Below are positions 19,171 through 28,301 of a stretch of DNA of 57,025 bases, one piece after another; position 1 is the stretch's first letter, and each line of letters starts with the position of its first letter. Below the pieces are notes generated by a model. It was not told the DNA's origin and made no database searches. It worked only from the letters and a program-made list of their open reading frames with translations. The position numbers were made by a program, and so were the translations under genes. Source of the stretch: Escherichia phage PLYYY01; the sequence record MZ911962.1; one strand, given 5' to 3'.

Positions 19171-20090
19171 CAGAACAACTCCATTACACGATCACGGAAT
19201 GTGCCGTCATGGGTAGCGTTAATGTTTGCAGCAATTACACCATACGCCCATAAGTTGAAGGCGGCACGTGATTCATAGATTGTTGATAAACGTTCGTAAG
19301 TGAAACCGTTTTGCTCAAGGTATTTAAGGACAGCGTCCTGTTCAATTTCAGTTAATGTTGAAACATGCTTACCAAAATGGTGGCGGTCCGGTGACTTATC
19401 AGATACGCGCATTGGTCCCCACGGAGGAGTAACCACACTTCCAAACGCTGCCGCTTGAATCCAGGAGGATGAGTCACAGCTATACCACGGGTAACGCTCC
19501 ATAATGGTTGTGGACGTGATACCAAATGCATGAAGCTTAATCTTAGGACGACCGCTACCGTCGCAAATGTATTTGTCCCACATGCGGTCCAGCCAAGTTT
19601 TAAGCGTGTCCGTTGAACGTCCTACCATGCCCCCGATGGTGATATATTCGTAGTTCTTCATGTAATATTCAAGATAGCGGAAGTCCTCACCAAAGTGAAA
19701 GCACGGTAACGGTTTAGCACCTCGTGCTTCCATTTCAAGCTGGTTACGGTATGTCTGCAACGGATCACCGATACCATCGAGCACCGACGCCATTACTGCA
19801 CCATCTTCTACGCGAAGGATGTCTTTGTTGCGCTTAATGTATTCGCAGTATTCGACAATATCAATGTGAGCACCTAACGAGTGCGCGGAGAATGCACCAG
19901 AGTCGAGAAACACTTTAGCCCCATCCGCACGCATTTGATCAACATACTTCTGACGCCCAACGTAGTGGTAGGATTCCAAAATATGGGGCAGATTGCGCGT
20001 GATATTTTTCTCATGCTCAGACAGTTTTTCATAACGCTGCTGTCCAGGCATATATCCGTTCGTGTAAACTGCTGCCATAAAAACGTTCAT
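19170..20090 (-). CDS. dpdA: DpdA-like DNA 7-deazaguanine transglycosylase (tRNA-guanine transglycosylase family)
   Basis: 306-aa ORF next to folE/queD/queC/queE. The FLDSGAFS segment and length fit the TGT-like fold. Assignment rests mainly on operon context. Confidence 0.55.
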   Translation of the reverse strand: MNVFMAAVYTNGYMPGQQRYEKLSEHEKNITRNLPHILESYHYVGRQKYVDQMRADGAKVFLDSGAFSAHSLGAHIDIVEYCEYIKRNKDILRVEDGAVMASVLDGIGDPLQTYRNQLEMEARGAKPLPCFHFGEDFRYLEYYMKNYEYITIGGMVGRSTDTLKTWLDRMWDKYICDGSGRPKIKLHAFGITSTTIMERYPWYSCDSSSWIQAAAFGSVVTPPWGPMRVSDKSPDRHHFGKHVSTLTEIEQDAVLKYLEQNGFTYERLSTIYESRAAFNLWAYGVIAANINATHDGTFRDRVMELF

Positions 20091-20320
20091 TTTTGGAATG
20101 GTCCTCCAAACTGATCAATTAATTCTAAAGTACGCCAAGCTTCATTAAATGCTTCGTCCGCTCGATGTTTAGCGTCAATAAGCTGCTGCTTTAAAACATC
20201 TGTAGGCGCATCATTCTGTATTGCAGAGCAAGCATCCGCAGTACCTGCTTTAAGCTGGTAGAATGCTGTCTCTAAGATTAGTTGTCTTGACATATTTCCT
20301 CCAATGACTAAAAAGCCCAT
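20087..20320 (-). CDS. hypothetical protein
   Basis: 77-aa ORF between the dpdA-like gene and folE. Confidence 0.35.
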   Translation of the reverse strand: MGFLVIGGNMSRQLILETAFYQLKAGTADACSAIQNDAPTDVLKQQLIDAKHRADEAFNEAWRTLELIDQFGGPFQK

Positions 20321-20364
20321 ACCAGTATTATGACCGATATGGGCTTGATCTGTAAAGCTATCTA

Positions 20365-21006
20365 TTATTTACAAGCTTCAAGGAACTCCCGGCGCCATTC
20401 TTTACCAATATTGCTACCATGCTCCAGTTCTGTAGCGCCCCGGAAAGCTTTAGTAATGGTAGAGCTTCCGCATACCTGCTTAACCCCGCGCGATTCCATG
20501 CACATATGTTTAGCATCAATATAGACACAAACAGCTTTCGGGTCTAAATGCTCCTGGATAGCATCTGCAATCTGGTTAGTAAGACGTTCCTGAACTTGCA
20601 GTCGACGACTAAAAGCATCCACAACGCGAGACAGCTTACTAAGCCCAACGATCTTCCCATTGGGGACATAACCCACAACAGCACGCCCGATAATAGGAGC
20701 CATGTGATGCTCACAATGACTGTATACAGGAATATCACGGACAATGACCATTTCATCCGTACCTTCCGCACCATCTTCAAAGGTTTTAAACAATCCAGCG
20801 ATATCTACATCGTAACCGCTAAACCACGTTGCATAAGCTTTCGCTACACGCTCCGGAGTTTCCTCCAGCCCTGGTCGCAGAACCGCGCTAACTTCAATTT
20901 GGGATAGTAAAGCACGCACAGCGTTAGCAATACGGAATTGAACACCTTCACTATTAATACTATATTTAGACATGGTTTGCAGTTTCCTTGTTGTTAATGT
21001 GGTCAT
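20365..21006 (-). CDS. folE: GTP cyclohydrolase I
   Basis: 213-aa ORF with the FolE signature region SHCEHHMAPIIG and downstream GKIVGLSKLSRVVD. Confidence 0.8.
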   Translation of the reverse strand: MTTLTTRKLQTMSKYSINSEGVQFRIANAVRALLSQIEVSAVLRPGLEETPERVAKAYATWFSGYDVDIAGLFKTFEDGAEGTDEMVIVRDIPVYSHCEHHMAPIIGRAVVGYVPNGKIVGLSKLSRVVDAFSRRLQVQERLTNQIADAIQEHLDPKAVCVYIDAKHMCMESRGVKQVCGSSTITKAFRGATELEHGSNIGKEWRREFLEACK

Positions 21007-21007
21007 A

Positions 21008-21544
21008 TTACAGGCTATAGTTTACGTGACATTTCGAAGTTTCTTCGATGGTGCATTCTACAAGTTGAACGCCATGTTCGTCAAGCAGTAGCGGACCAAT
21101 TACTTCAACCATATAGGCAGCTAGGTTTTCCGCAGTTGGGTTGAACGGCAAAGATACCAGTGAATCGTTAAAAGCTTTAAGATCTTCATCCCCTTCACCG
21201 AAAGTAGGCCAACCGCGTTCAGATTGAGTATCCGTTTCAATACAACATTGCAGTCCGTTGATCAACATATCCTTTTCCCAATGCAGAAACTTATGATCCC
21301 AGTTATCTTCCAGCCACTGGCAGAGCGTAGTTTTAACCACACTAAAGTCAATCACGCGCCCAACGCTGTCCAGACCGTCCTCAATCAGCTTTCCTCGTGT
21401 CACTACTTTTCCGCATCCATGCTTCGGAGCAACCTTAAAGTGAAACTTATAGTTGTGACCGTGGAGGTGGCGACATTTGCTTTCGTGACCTACAACACGA
21501 TGTCCGGCGCAAATTTCATGTGAACGAATTACTGTATAGCTCAT
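21008..21544 (-). CDS. queD: 6-carboxy-5,6,7,8-tetrahydropterin synthase
   Basis: 178-aa ORF with CxxxHGH motif (CRHLHGHNY) and catalytic-region similarity to the QueD/PTPS family. Confidence 0.75.
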   Translation of the reverse strand: MSYTVIRSHEICAGHRVVGHESKCRHLHGHNYKFHFKVAPKHGCGKVVTRGKLIEDGLDSVGRVIDFSVVKTTLCQWLEDNWDHKFLHWEKDMLINGLQCCIETDTQSERGWPTFGEGDEDLKAFNDSLVSLPFNPTAENLAAYMVEVIGPLLLDEHGVQLVECTIEETSKCHVNYSL

Positions 21545-22137
21545 TTTAATACCTCTTTAGACTGTTCAATTTCTAATGCACGCTGTGCGGATGCAATAAT
21601 GTCTTTCAAGTCTTCTACCAGACTTTTATGACCGCGTTCGCCTGGCTGCAACGCCTTTTTAATCAAATGTTGTAAAGCTGGGTTAGTTGTTTTCCAAGCT
21701 TCTAAGACATCATACACGTCCACGATGCATTTTACAACATTGCCGTTTTGATCTTTACCATAAATAATTTTCTGATATTTATTCATGGGAATTTTAGATG
21801 GTTCATATTTCGTAAAAACTGCGGTTTTATCAATTCTCCAGTCGGGCAAATTTGCTTCAATAGATTGTTTGACGTAATCATCTGCAACGATATATCGCCA
21901 GGCTATAATATCTTGAACTTTATAAGGGCTATTTTCATCCATAGCTGAACGCCCTTCTATAGCCCAATCCCATCCATGTAATAGATTCTTAACGTGTGTG
22001 CCGTTGCGCAAACGAACTTCAAACTTCTCATTACGAAGAAAAATAGGCATTCCTTTACCGTCGTGCTGGTGCCAAATTTTATTAAGATTATCTTTCATTT
22101 TACGCTCTCGCTGTACGTGAATGAACTTCGTAAACAA
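21541..22137 (-). CDS. hypothetical protein embedded in the deazaguanine cluster
   Basis: 198-aa ORF (alternative start at Met14, 22098) between queD and the transporter gene. No recognisable motif. Confidence 0.45.
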   Translation of the reverse strand: MFTKFIHVQRERKMKDNLNKIWHQHDGKGMPIFLRNEKFEVRLRNGTHVKNLLHGWDWAIEGRSAMDENSPYKVQDIIAWRYIVADDYVKQSIEANLPDWRIDKTAVFTKYEPSKIPMNKYQKIIYGKDQNGNVVKCIVDVYDVLEAWKTTNPALQHLIKKALQPGERGHKSLVEDLKDIIASAQRALEIEQSKEVLK

Positions 22138-22579
22138 CCCAAAGGATGGCAGATGCTGTGAACTTACTTAAGCTCATTGCTACCATTGATCCCGGATTAA
22201 CAATGCCTATAATACTTAAGAACACAATGGAATCAATTGGTACAGCTACCAAAGAGCTGATAAATACACGTTGATGAAACGGCTTCTTAGTAATCGTGTA
22301 TACCGCATAGTCCGCAAACTCGCTAAGAGCAAAGGATGCAACGGATGCAACTACAACAGCAGGATCCCCAAATACCCAGCTAAGGATGCAACCGACAATC
22401 ATTGCAGGGATGACGCCTTTGCCAGCGTTACGCTGTGCGTAATCACGCAGCACAAAGATAATACCTACAAAGAAAGCCATCATTGGGACTACACCGAGTG
22501 GTGTATTAAGCATCGGAAGGTAGGAAAAGCCCAGGTTTACGAATGTAATTGCAGCCAGATAAGCAACGATAAATTTCAT
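22100..22579 (-). CDS. YhhQ-like queuosine-precursor transporter (membrane protein)
   Basis: Start at the internal ATG 22579 preceded by GGAGA. Multi-pass hydrophobic protein in the que cluster. Confidence 0.55.
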   Translation of the reverse strand: MKFIVAYLAAITFVNLGFSYLPMLNTPLGVVPMMAFFVGIIFVLRDYAQRNAGKGVIPAMIVGCILSWVFGDPAVVVASVASFALSEFADYAVYTITKKPFHQRVFISSLVAVPIDSIVFLSIIGIVNPGSMVAMSLSKFTASAILWVVYEVHSRTARA

Positions 22580-22699
22580 ACTTTTGTTCTCCAGTTTTAA
22601 CAGCGTTATTCGCTGGTTGTTGGGTTTAAAAGCTTTAGTAGTATAGTTGGGTTCCCGCACCCTAAACAATGCGCTAGCGGTGCGGTTTTCGCGGTAAGA

Positions 22700-23407
22700 T
22701 CAAGCTTTGCTAATAAATTCGCTGTACCCTTTAGCACGCAGTTTGCACGCAGGACATTCACCGCAACCATATCCCCAGTCATGCAGAGTGCGGCGGACGC
22801 CATTATAGCAAGTATGGGACTGTTCAATTACTGTGGTTAAGAAGCCAACCTTATCAGCGAGTTCAAACGTTTCCGCTTTGTTTAAACGCATAAGCGGTGT
22901 AACAAAATGGATATCTGTTTCATATCCAACGTTTAATGTAGCTTCAAGCAGGTCTACAAACTGCTGGCGGCAATCCGGATAACCGCTATAGTCTGTTTCA
23001 CAAACGCCTGTAACCACATATCTGGCGCCAACTTTCTGCGCGTAGGCGTGCGCGGTAGTCAGGAAAAGCGCATTACGGTTTGGCACAAAGCTTGCCGGAA
23101 GGTTGTTGTGCTGTTCGTGATGTTCGTTAACATCACCTTCGTTCCCGATTAAAGCGCTATTGCCAATCTGTTTCAAAGCAGGTAATTCAAAGACAACAAA
23201 TGGGACATCGTGCTCTTTACAAATTTGATCAGCACAAGCCAGCTCAATGTTATGACGTTGACCGTATGCAAAACCAATAGCGTAGACCTTATCATAGTTA
23301 TTAAGTGCAAGACCTAAACAGGTCACGCTGTCCTGGCCGCCAGACAGGACCACAACGGCGGAGTTATGATTTTTTACAGGGAATACCAGTTTATCTAATT
23401 TATTCAT
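22700..23407 (-). CDS. queC: 7-cyano-7-deazaguanine synthase
   Basis: Start at internal ATG 23407. PP-loop motif VLSGGQDS and C-terminal Cys cluster CYNG...CGECPAC. No amidotransferase extension. Confidence 0.85.
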   Translation of the reverse strand: MNKLDKLVFPVKNHNSAVVVLSGGQDSVTCLGLALNNYDKVYAIGFAYGQRHNIELACADQICKEHDVPFVVFELPALKQIGNSALIGNEGDVNEHHEQHNNLPASFVPNRNALFLTTAHAYAQKVGARYVVTGVCETDYSGYPDCRQQFVDLLEATLNVGYETDIHFVTPLMRLNKAETFELADKVGFLTTVIEQSHTCYNGVRRTLHDWGYGCGECPACKLRAKGYSEFISKA

Positions 23408-23408
23408 T

Positions 23409-23597
23409 TTAGAAACCTTTAAGGCTAATATTAAGATTAACGACCACTTGTTCAACTACATCATCAGATGTCATCTGACGTTTATGAATTTCAAGCTCCG
23501 AATGTATGTTCTTGGATGCAGCACGACAGATGGCGTCATTCAGCTCGTCTTGTAAACGTTGCATCTTCTGCATAAGAATCACAGTCTCTTCATTCAT
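23409..23597 (-). CDS. hypothetical small protein (tandem paralog 1)
   Basis: 62-aa ORF; similar in pattern to the adjacent 23590-23802 product (LNDAICRAASKNIHSELEIH vs LNSAIAHATMQGVHVELDIN). Confidence 0.4.
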   Translation of the reverse strand: MNEETVILMQKMQRLQDELNDAICRAASKNIHSELEIHKRQMTSDDVVEQVVVNLNISLKGF

Positions 23598-23802
23598 CTT
23601 CTACACCTTTAATATCACAAGGATTGATTGTTACATTTGACATCACAATCGGATGATTGCGTGCTCCGATTGTACTAACGTGGTTAATATCTAATTCAAC
23701 ATGCACACCCTGCATAGTAGCGTGGGCAATTGCAGAATTAAGTTTTTCTACCAGCTCAGTGATCATTTCCTGATGCTGTTTCGCTTCTTCCAAAGTGATC
23801 AT
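23590..23802 (-). CDS. hypothetical small protein (tandem paralog 2)
   Basis: 70-aa ORF; see paralog relation to 23409-23597. Confidence 0.4.
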   Translation of the reverse strand: MITLEEAKQHQEMITELVEKLNSAIAHATMQGVHVELDINHVSTIGARNHPIVMSNVTINPCDIKGVEDE

Positions 23803-24057
23803 TTAAACCTCCGTTAATGTTTGAGTCCAGTCTAAGCCTTCAAGGTCTACATCAGCTATTTCATCGTACTCGTAAGCTCCCGGATCTGCTGGCAGCCATC
23901 TATCAAATCGATGGCTGAGTTCTGGAGGAATTGCTTCATACCCCCAAACCTTCCCATCCTTGTCGGCTGCCAGATAATCAACTCGACTTGGAACGGTTAA
24001 AGTGACACCACAAAAATTAACATCTTTAGTATGCACAACCTGACTTAATACACGCAT
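23803..24057 (-). CDS. hypothetical small protein (paralog of 45074-45376 product)
   Basis: 84-aa ORF sharing AADKDGKVWGYEA...VDLEGLDWTQTLTEV with AVDADGKVHCYDA...VDLEGMDWRDTLMEI. Confidence 0.45.
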   Translation of the reverse strand: MRVLSQVVHTKDVNFCGVTLTVPSRVDYLAADKDGKVWGYEAIPPELSHRFDRWLPADPGAYEYDEIADVDLEGLDWTQTLTEV

Positions 24058-24764
24058 TATTCCACCCCGATATATTTGTGAACCTGAAGCTGCAACGTGT
24101 ACCCGTGTTTCATACAGCTTTTGACAACCGCTTGGATGTTACTGTGGTTAAGATCTTCATCCTGCTCGTCCATTGGCTGCAAATATATCTTACCCTTGAA
24201 CCCCTTCGGAGGTCTAGCGATAAATGGCGTAGCTTGATGATCTAATGCTTGAAGCGGTAAACCGTCTTCCACGTTTACACAGCACGCTTTAAGCACATAT
24301 TTAAATGCATTTGCACGGTACAGCACAGAAGGATGAATTTTTGAAGTCTTAGGACTGCATACAATTACAGGTAACTGGGAAAAGTTCTTAGGTAAAGGCA
24401 TAGACCCGTTAGTTTCAATCTGTACAAGATACCCGCGCGATAACAGTTGTTCAATAAACGGGTTAATTTGCTGACGGAACGGTTCACCCCCAGTAATAAC
24501 CACAAGTGATGTGCTATTGCCTGATTCCAGCTTACGGCTTTCGATTAAACGCATGATATCAACAATGTGGTAAAGAGAACGACCAACAGTATAATCAGTA
24601 TCACAGCCCGGACATTGCAGGTTACACCCGGCAAGACGCACAAATACAGCAGGTTGACCGCAGAATGGACCTTCACCCTGAATGGTAGAGAATACCGAAT
24701 GCACGTCTAAATACATATCGTTTTCTTTAGAACGAGACTCGGGAGCTTGTTGATTAATATTCAT
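24057..24764 (-). CDS. queE: 7-carboxy-7-deazaguanine synthase (radical SAM)
   Basis: 235-aa ORF with radical-SAM Cys motif CNLQCPGC near the N-terminus, adjacent to queC. Confidence 0.8.
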   Translation of the reverse strand: MNINQQAPESRSKENDMYLDVHSVFSTIQGEGPFCGQPAVFVRLAGCNLQCPGCDTDYTVGRSLYHIVDIMRLIESRKLESGNSTSLVVITGGEPFRQQINPFIEQLLSRGYLVQIETNGSMPLPKNFSQLPVIVCSPKTSKIHPSVLYRANAFKYVLKACCVNVEDGLPLQALDHQATPFIARPPKGFKGKIYLQPMDEQDEDLNHSNIQAVVKSCMKHGYTLQLQVHKYIGVE

Positions 24765-24833
24765 CTTAAATCCTCTCGTGAAAAAGAAAGCGCCTCATTG
24801 GGCGCCTTCATTATAACGTGATATGTTTTGATA

Positions 24834-25646
24834 TTACAAGCCGTTCAGGGCTTCCGGTACTGGTACAGGTACGCGACCAGTCACACCATTAAATTTCTTC
24901 CAGCGTGCATACTGGGTTTTAACGGTATCTTCGTTCAGACCATGTCGACCAGCCAGGTTCAGAACATAAGAGATCGGAGCAGGCTGACCCAGCGTAGCGC
25001 TAATCTGGTCCATCAGAGCCCAGGCACGACCGCAGGAAGTTTCCGGTTGCGGACGGCGAACACCGTTCTGTTCAGGCATACGATTAGCTTCTTTTTCTTT
25101 CTCGCGGAGCTCTTTAGCGCGTGCTTTTTCCGCTTCTTTTTCTGCCTGTTTTGCAGCACGGATCTTGTCTTTGAAGCCTTTAATAGTAGCTTCCAGACCA
25201 TCCACCAGACCCTGGGCAGAAGTTACAGCACCGGACAGGTCTTCACCTTTAGACTTCTTAACGACAGCTTTCAGCTCTTTCAGAGCTTCTTTAATGGTCT
25301 TCAGGTTTGCAGATCCCTGAGTTTCTGCTTCCGTGATCTGTTCAACAGTGCTTTCGTCGGTGACGGTAGCCAAAGAGTTTTTCAGGATTTCAGCAGCGTT
25401 AGCAATCGCATTGAATTTGTTTTCCGCTTCAGTGCGGATTTCAGCTTGTTTCTTTTCAGCGGCAGCTTTTTTCTCTGCTTCTTTTTTCTCTTTTGCTACG
25501 CGTGCAGCTTCAGCGGCTGCGGCTTTCTTAGCTTCTGCATCATTCACAGTAGCTTCTTTCTTTGCAGGTTTAGCAGATTTTGCAGCGGCGGCAGCAGCGG
25601 CTGCGGCAGCAGCTTTTTTGTCTTCAATGTTGCTCATTCTCTTCAC
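24834..25646 (-). CDS. hypothetical Lys/Ala/Glu-rich protein with a C-terminal domain shared with the 41235-41909 product
   Basis: 270-aa ORF with a poly-Ala run and histone-H1-like AKK/EKK repeats. C-terminal segment ends YARWKKFNG. Confidence 0.5.
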   Translation of the reverse strand: MKRMSNIEDKKAAAAAAAAAAAKSAKPAKKEATVNDAEAKKAAAAEAARVAKEKKEAEKKAAAEKKQAEIRTEAENKFNAIANAAEILKNSLATVTDESTVEQITEAETQGSANLKTIKEALKELKAVVKKSKGEDLSGAVTSAQGLVDGLEATIKGFKDKIRAAKQAEKEAEKARAKELREKEKEANRMPEQNGVRRPQPETSCGRAWALMDQISATLGQPAPISYVLNLAGRHGLNEDTVKTQYARWKKFNGVTGRVPVPVPEALNGL

Positions 25647-25764
25647 TCCGAATTGTTATGGGTTCGTTTGTTACCAACGGGGTTAAATGTACCAAAGGAT
25701 TTTGTGACACGCAACCCCTTATCTGAATATTTTTAAAAATATTTTTGATCAAGCTTAGAACTTA

Positions 25765-26259
25765 CTAACTCTTCGCCCCTCGGCCGGGTGTCCATGCGGC
25801 TTGCAATGGGGGTTGCTCACAAACGACCCTGGCACCGGAAATAATACCACCCTCCCGTTCAGCATCGTATTTGACACGGGCAGGTTTCCAAAGTCCTTCA
25901 TCCATTGACGGAACGTATTGCCCAATTTGAGGTGAGCAAAAGCCTTGGATATCGTATTCCACACAGAATTCGGCTTGTGCGCTGATTTGGGCGTGATCCA
26001 GGATTGTTTCTGGAAGTTGTGTAAAGTAATCAAACAAAATGCGCTCAACGGTTTCCCGTTCATAAGGTGCAGCTCCTAAGTTTTCTGTCAAGTTAATATA
26101 AAGCATTTGAAGATCAACATCTTCAAGATCATGTAAATCGTCTACTGGTGCCACCAGTGTTGACTCAGGGCAACAAATAATTCCAAGTTGGTGTAGTGTC
26201 AGCCAATTGGGATGCTTTGCCAAGAGTTCAAATTTATCTGTATCAATCAGGACGTACAT
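25765..26259 (-). CDS. hypothetical protein
   Basis: 164-aa acidic ORF in the minus operon. Confidence 0.4.
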   Translation of the reverse strand: MYVLIDTDKFELLAKHPNWLTLHQLGIICCPESTLVAPVDDLHDLEDVDLQMLYINLTENLGAAPYERETVERILFDYFTQLPETILDHAQISAQAEFCVEYDIQGFCSPQIGQYVPSMDEGLWKPARVKYDAEREGGIISGARVVCEQPPLQAAWTPGRGAKS

Positions 26260-26280
26260 TGCAATCCCCTATAAATAAGT

Positions 26281-26304
26281 AATGCCCCAATAGTAGGGGC
26301 ATTA
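26281..26304 (-). terminator. intrinsic terminator (minus strand) after helicase gene
   Basis: Hairpin AATGCCCC-N7-GGGGCATT followed on the minus strand by a T-rich run. Confidence 0.5.
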
Positions 26305-26318
26305 GATGTTGAAGTCAA

Positions 26319-28301
26319 TTAGAACGGAACGTAATCTGGATCATCTGCTTGTACAGGATTAACCACATTGTTCACTGTTATACCTTGCGTATTCTGCGAA
26401 ACAATATCATCCCAGCTCACATCATCGTTATAGCTTGGACCTTCGGTTGTTCCATCTTGCCCGTATACTTTAACTTGAATAGCTTCGTCGTCCTGTGGGG
26501 CTTCAAACTTACCGAAACATGTACCATCATAATCATAGTTCAATATCTCAGGCCATTTCTTATTTGTATGAACTTTGATGTATTTCGGTGTTTTAAGCAT
26601 TGCAGCAACATCAAGAGCTTCTTCAATAGTTTGTGGTAAAGGAAGATGAGTCCTTTTCTTCCACCATGCGACCGCTTTACGACCCGCCCAGTCACCATGA
26701 AGTAGAGCTACCCATTCGCTGAATATTTTACTACCGCAATAATAAGTCACCTTCATTGTTGGAGGTTTGGAGCTGTCATTGCGTTTAGTGTGCTTCGCAT
26801 AAGTCACATGCGTAACTTTGAAGTCTTCAACTACCGGAATGTCCTGTTTGATCAGTGCTTCGGTACTTGCTGCCTTTTTAAGTTTCGTCTGGAACTTAAA
26901 CTCATGACCGCAAAATCCTTCTTTAACATAATCCGTTCCACGTAGTCTAAATCCCTTCAAATATAATTGTTGAACTTGTTCCTGTGTAACGCTGTCCATA
27001 GGAATTGGTGCAAAGCCACCACAATAGCGAGCAGATGCATGATTATACGACCCGCACACATCGCATTCTTTAACCGGAGCAGTACCAGCACCTTTTTCGC
27101 CCGGGCGCTGGGGTTTAACAGGGTCGTTAATAGGGCCCAAACGACGCGTATTACCGCTGAAATCCAGTACAAGGCAGTTCTGCTTAGGGCTTGCTGCAAT
27201 AGCTTGCAAGCGACCTTCCTGCGTGGAAAGATCAAAGCCCTCCGCATATACCGGACGCGTACCGCGACCCAACATCTGAACCCATAGCACCGCCGAGGCA
27301 GTTGGGCGAAGCATGATAATCAGATCAAGCATTGGATGGTCGAAACCTGTGGTTAAGACGTTGTTATTTGTCAGCGCTCGAAACTCTCCACGCTTGAACT
27401 TTTCAATAATCTCGTCACGCTCTTTTGCATCGAGCTTTGAGTGAATACATCCGCAACTAATACCCATATCGTTCAGCATATCACACGCATCTTTAGCGTG
27501 TTCAATACCAGAACAAAATATAAGCCAACTTTGACGGTCTTCACCACATTCAATGGCTTCCTCAAGCGCGCGGAGTGTTGCATCGTCGCGGTTCACCGCG
27601 CTTTGCAGCTCACTCTGGATAAACTCACCGCCGCGTTTACCTACCCCGTTGAGGTCCAGCTCCATCTTAGTACGCTTTGGCACAACCGGAAGCAAATAGC
27701 CTTGCTCCAGGAACCAGTTAAAGGCTTCAGGGGTAGTTGCATCAAACGTTACTTTATCAAATAAAGCATCATCGTCTTCGTTTTCCTTAACAATTGAGCC
27801 GTAACCCAGTCTGTAAGGTGTAGCGGTAAGACCGATGATTTTTAAATACGGGTTAACTTCACGCAATGCTGCAAAGAACTTCTTATACATTGTTGCATCA
27901 CGCGGACTAATAAGGTGCGCTTCATCCACAAAGATTAGATCAACCTTGCCGAACTTTTTAGGATGCTTAGCAACAGATGCAATCCCCGCAAATGTGATAA
28001 GATTATAAACTTCTTTACGCTTCAAACCTGCGCTGTAAATACCTGCTGGCGCTTCAGGCCAGACTTTCATTAATTTATCATAGTTTTGTGCAATTAACTC
28101 TTTGACGTGAGTTAACATCATTACGCGCTGGTTTGGATACCATTTATAAAGCAGATCGAGGAACCCCGCGATAACGAGCGATTTTCCTGTCCCTGTTGGT
28201 AACAGGATCAAAGGGTTCCCCGCGTTACCCTTTTCAGCATCAAAATAGCGGAATACGCTATAAACTGCTTCCTGTTGATAATCGCGGAGCTGCATAATCA
28301 A
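26319..28301 (-). CDS. DEAD/DEAH-box (SF2) DNA helicase
   Basis: 660-aa ORF with Walker A LPTGTGKS, DEAH box FVDEAHL and motif III GLTATP; C-terminal extension with a Cys pair. Confidence 0.8.
   Translation of the reverse strand: MIMQLRDYQQEAVYSVFRYFDAEKGNAGNPLILLPTGTGKSLVIAGFLDLLYKWYPNQRVMMLTHVKELIAQNYDKLMKVWPEAPAGIYSAGLKRKEVYNLITFAGIASVAKHPKKFGKVDLIFVDEAHLISPRDATMYKKFFAALREVNPYLKIIGLTATPYRLGYGSIVKENEDDDALFDKVTFDATTPEAFNWFLEQGYLLPVVPKRTKMELDLNGVGKRGGEFIQSELQSAVNRDDATLRALEEAIECGEDRQSWLIFCSGIEHAKDACDMLNDMGISCGCIHSKLDAKERDEIIEKFKRGEFRALTNNNVLTTGFDHPMLDLIIMLRPTASAVLWVQMLGRGTRPVYAEGFDLSTQEGRLQAIAASPKQNCLVLDFSGNTRRLGPINDPVKPQRPGEKGAGTAPVKECDVCGSYNHASARYCGGFAPIPMDSVTQEQVQQLYLKGFRLRGTDYVKEGFCGHEFKFQTKLKKAASTEALIKQDIPVVEDFKVTHVTYAKHTKRNDSSKPPTMKVTYYCGSKIFSEWVALLHGDWAGRKAVAWWKKRTHLPLPQTIEEALDVAAMLKTPKYIKVHTNKKWPEILNYDYDGTCFGKFEAPQDDEAIQVKVYGQDGTTEGPSYNDDVSWDDIVSQNTQGITVNNVVNPVQADDPDYVPF

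Noticed and set aside
24828-25736. 302-aa plus-strand ORF antisense to the Lys/Ala-rich gene
   Set aside because: Product is Phe/Ser/Cys-rich low complexity typical of the antisense strand of a GCN/AAR-rich gene; all neighbouring genes are minus-strand and the minus ORF has a plausible RBS.
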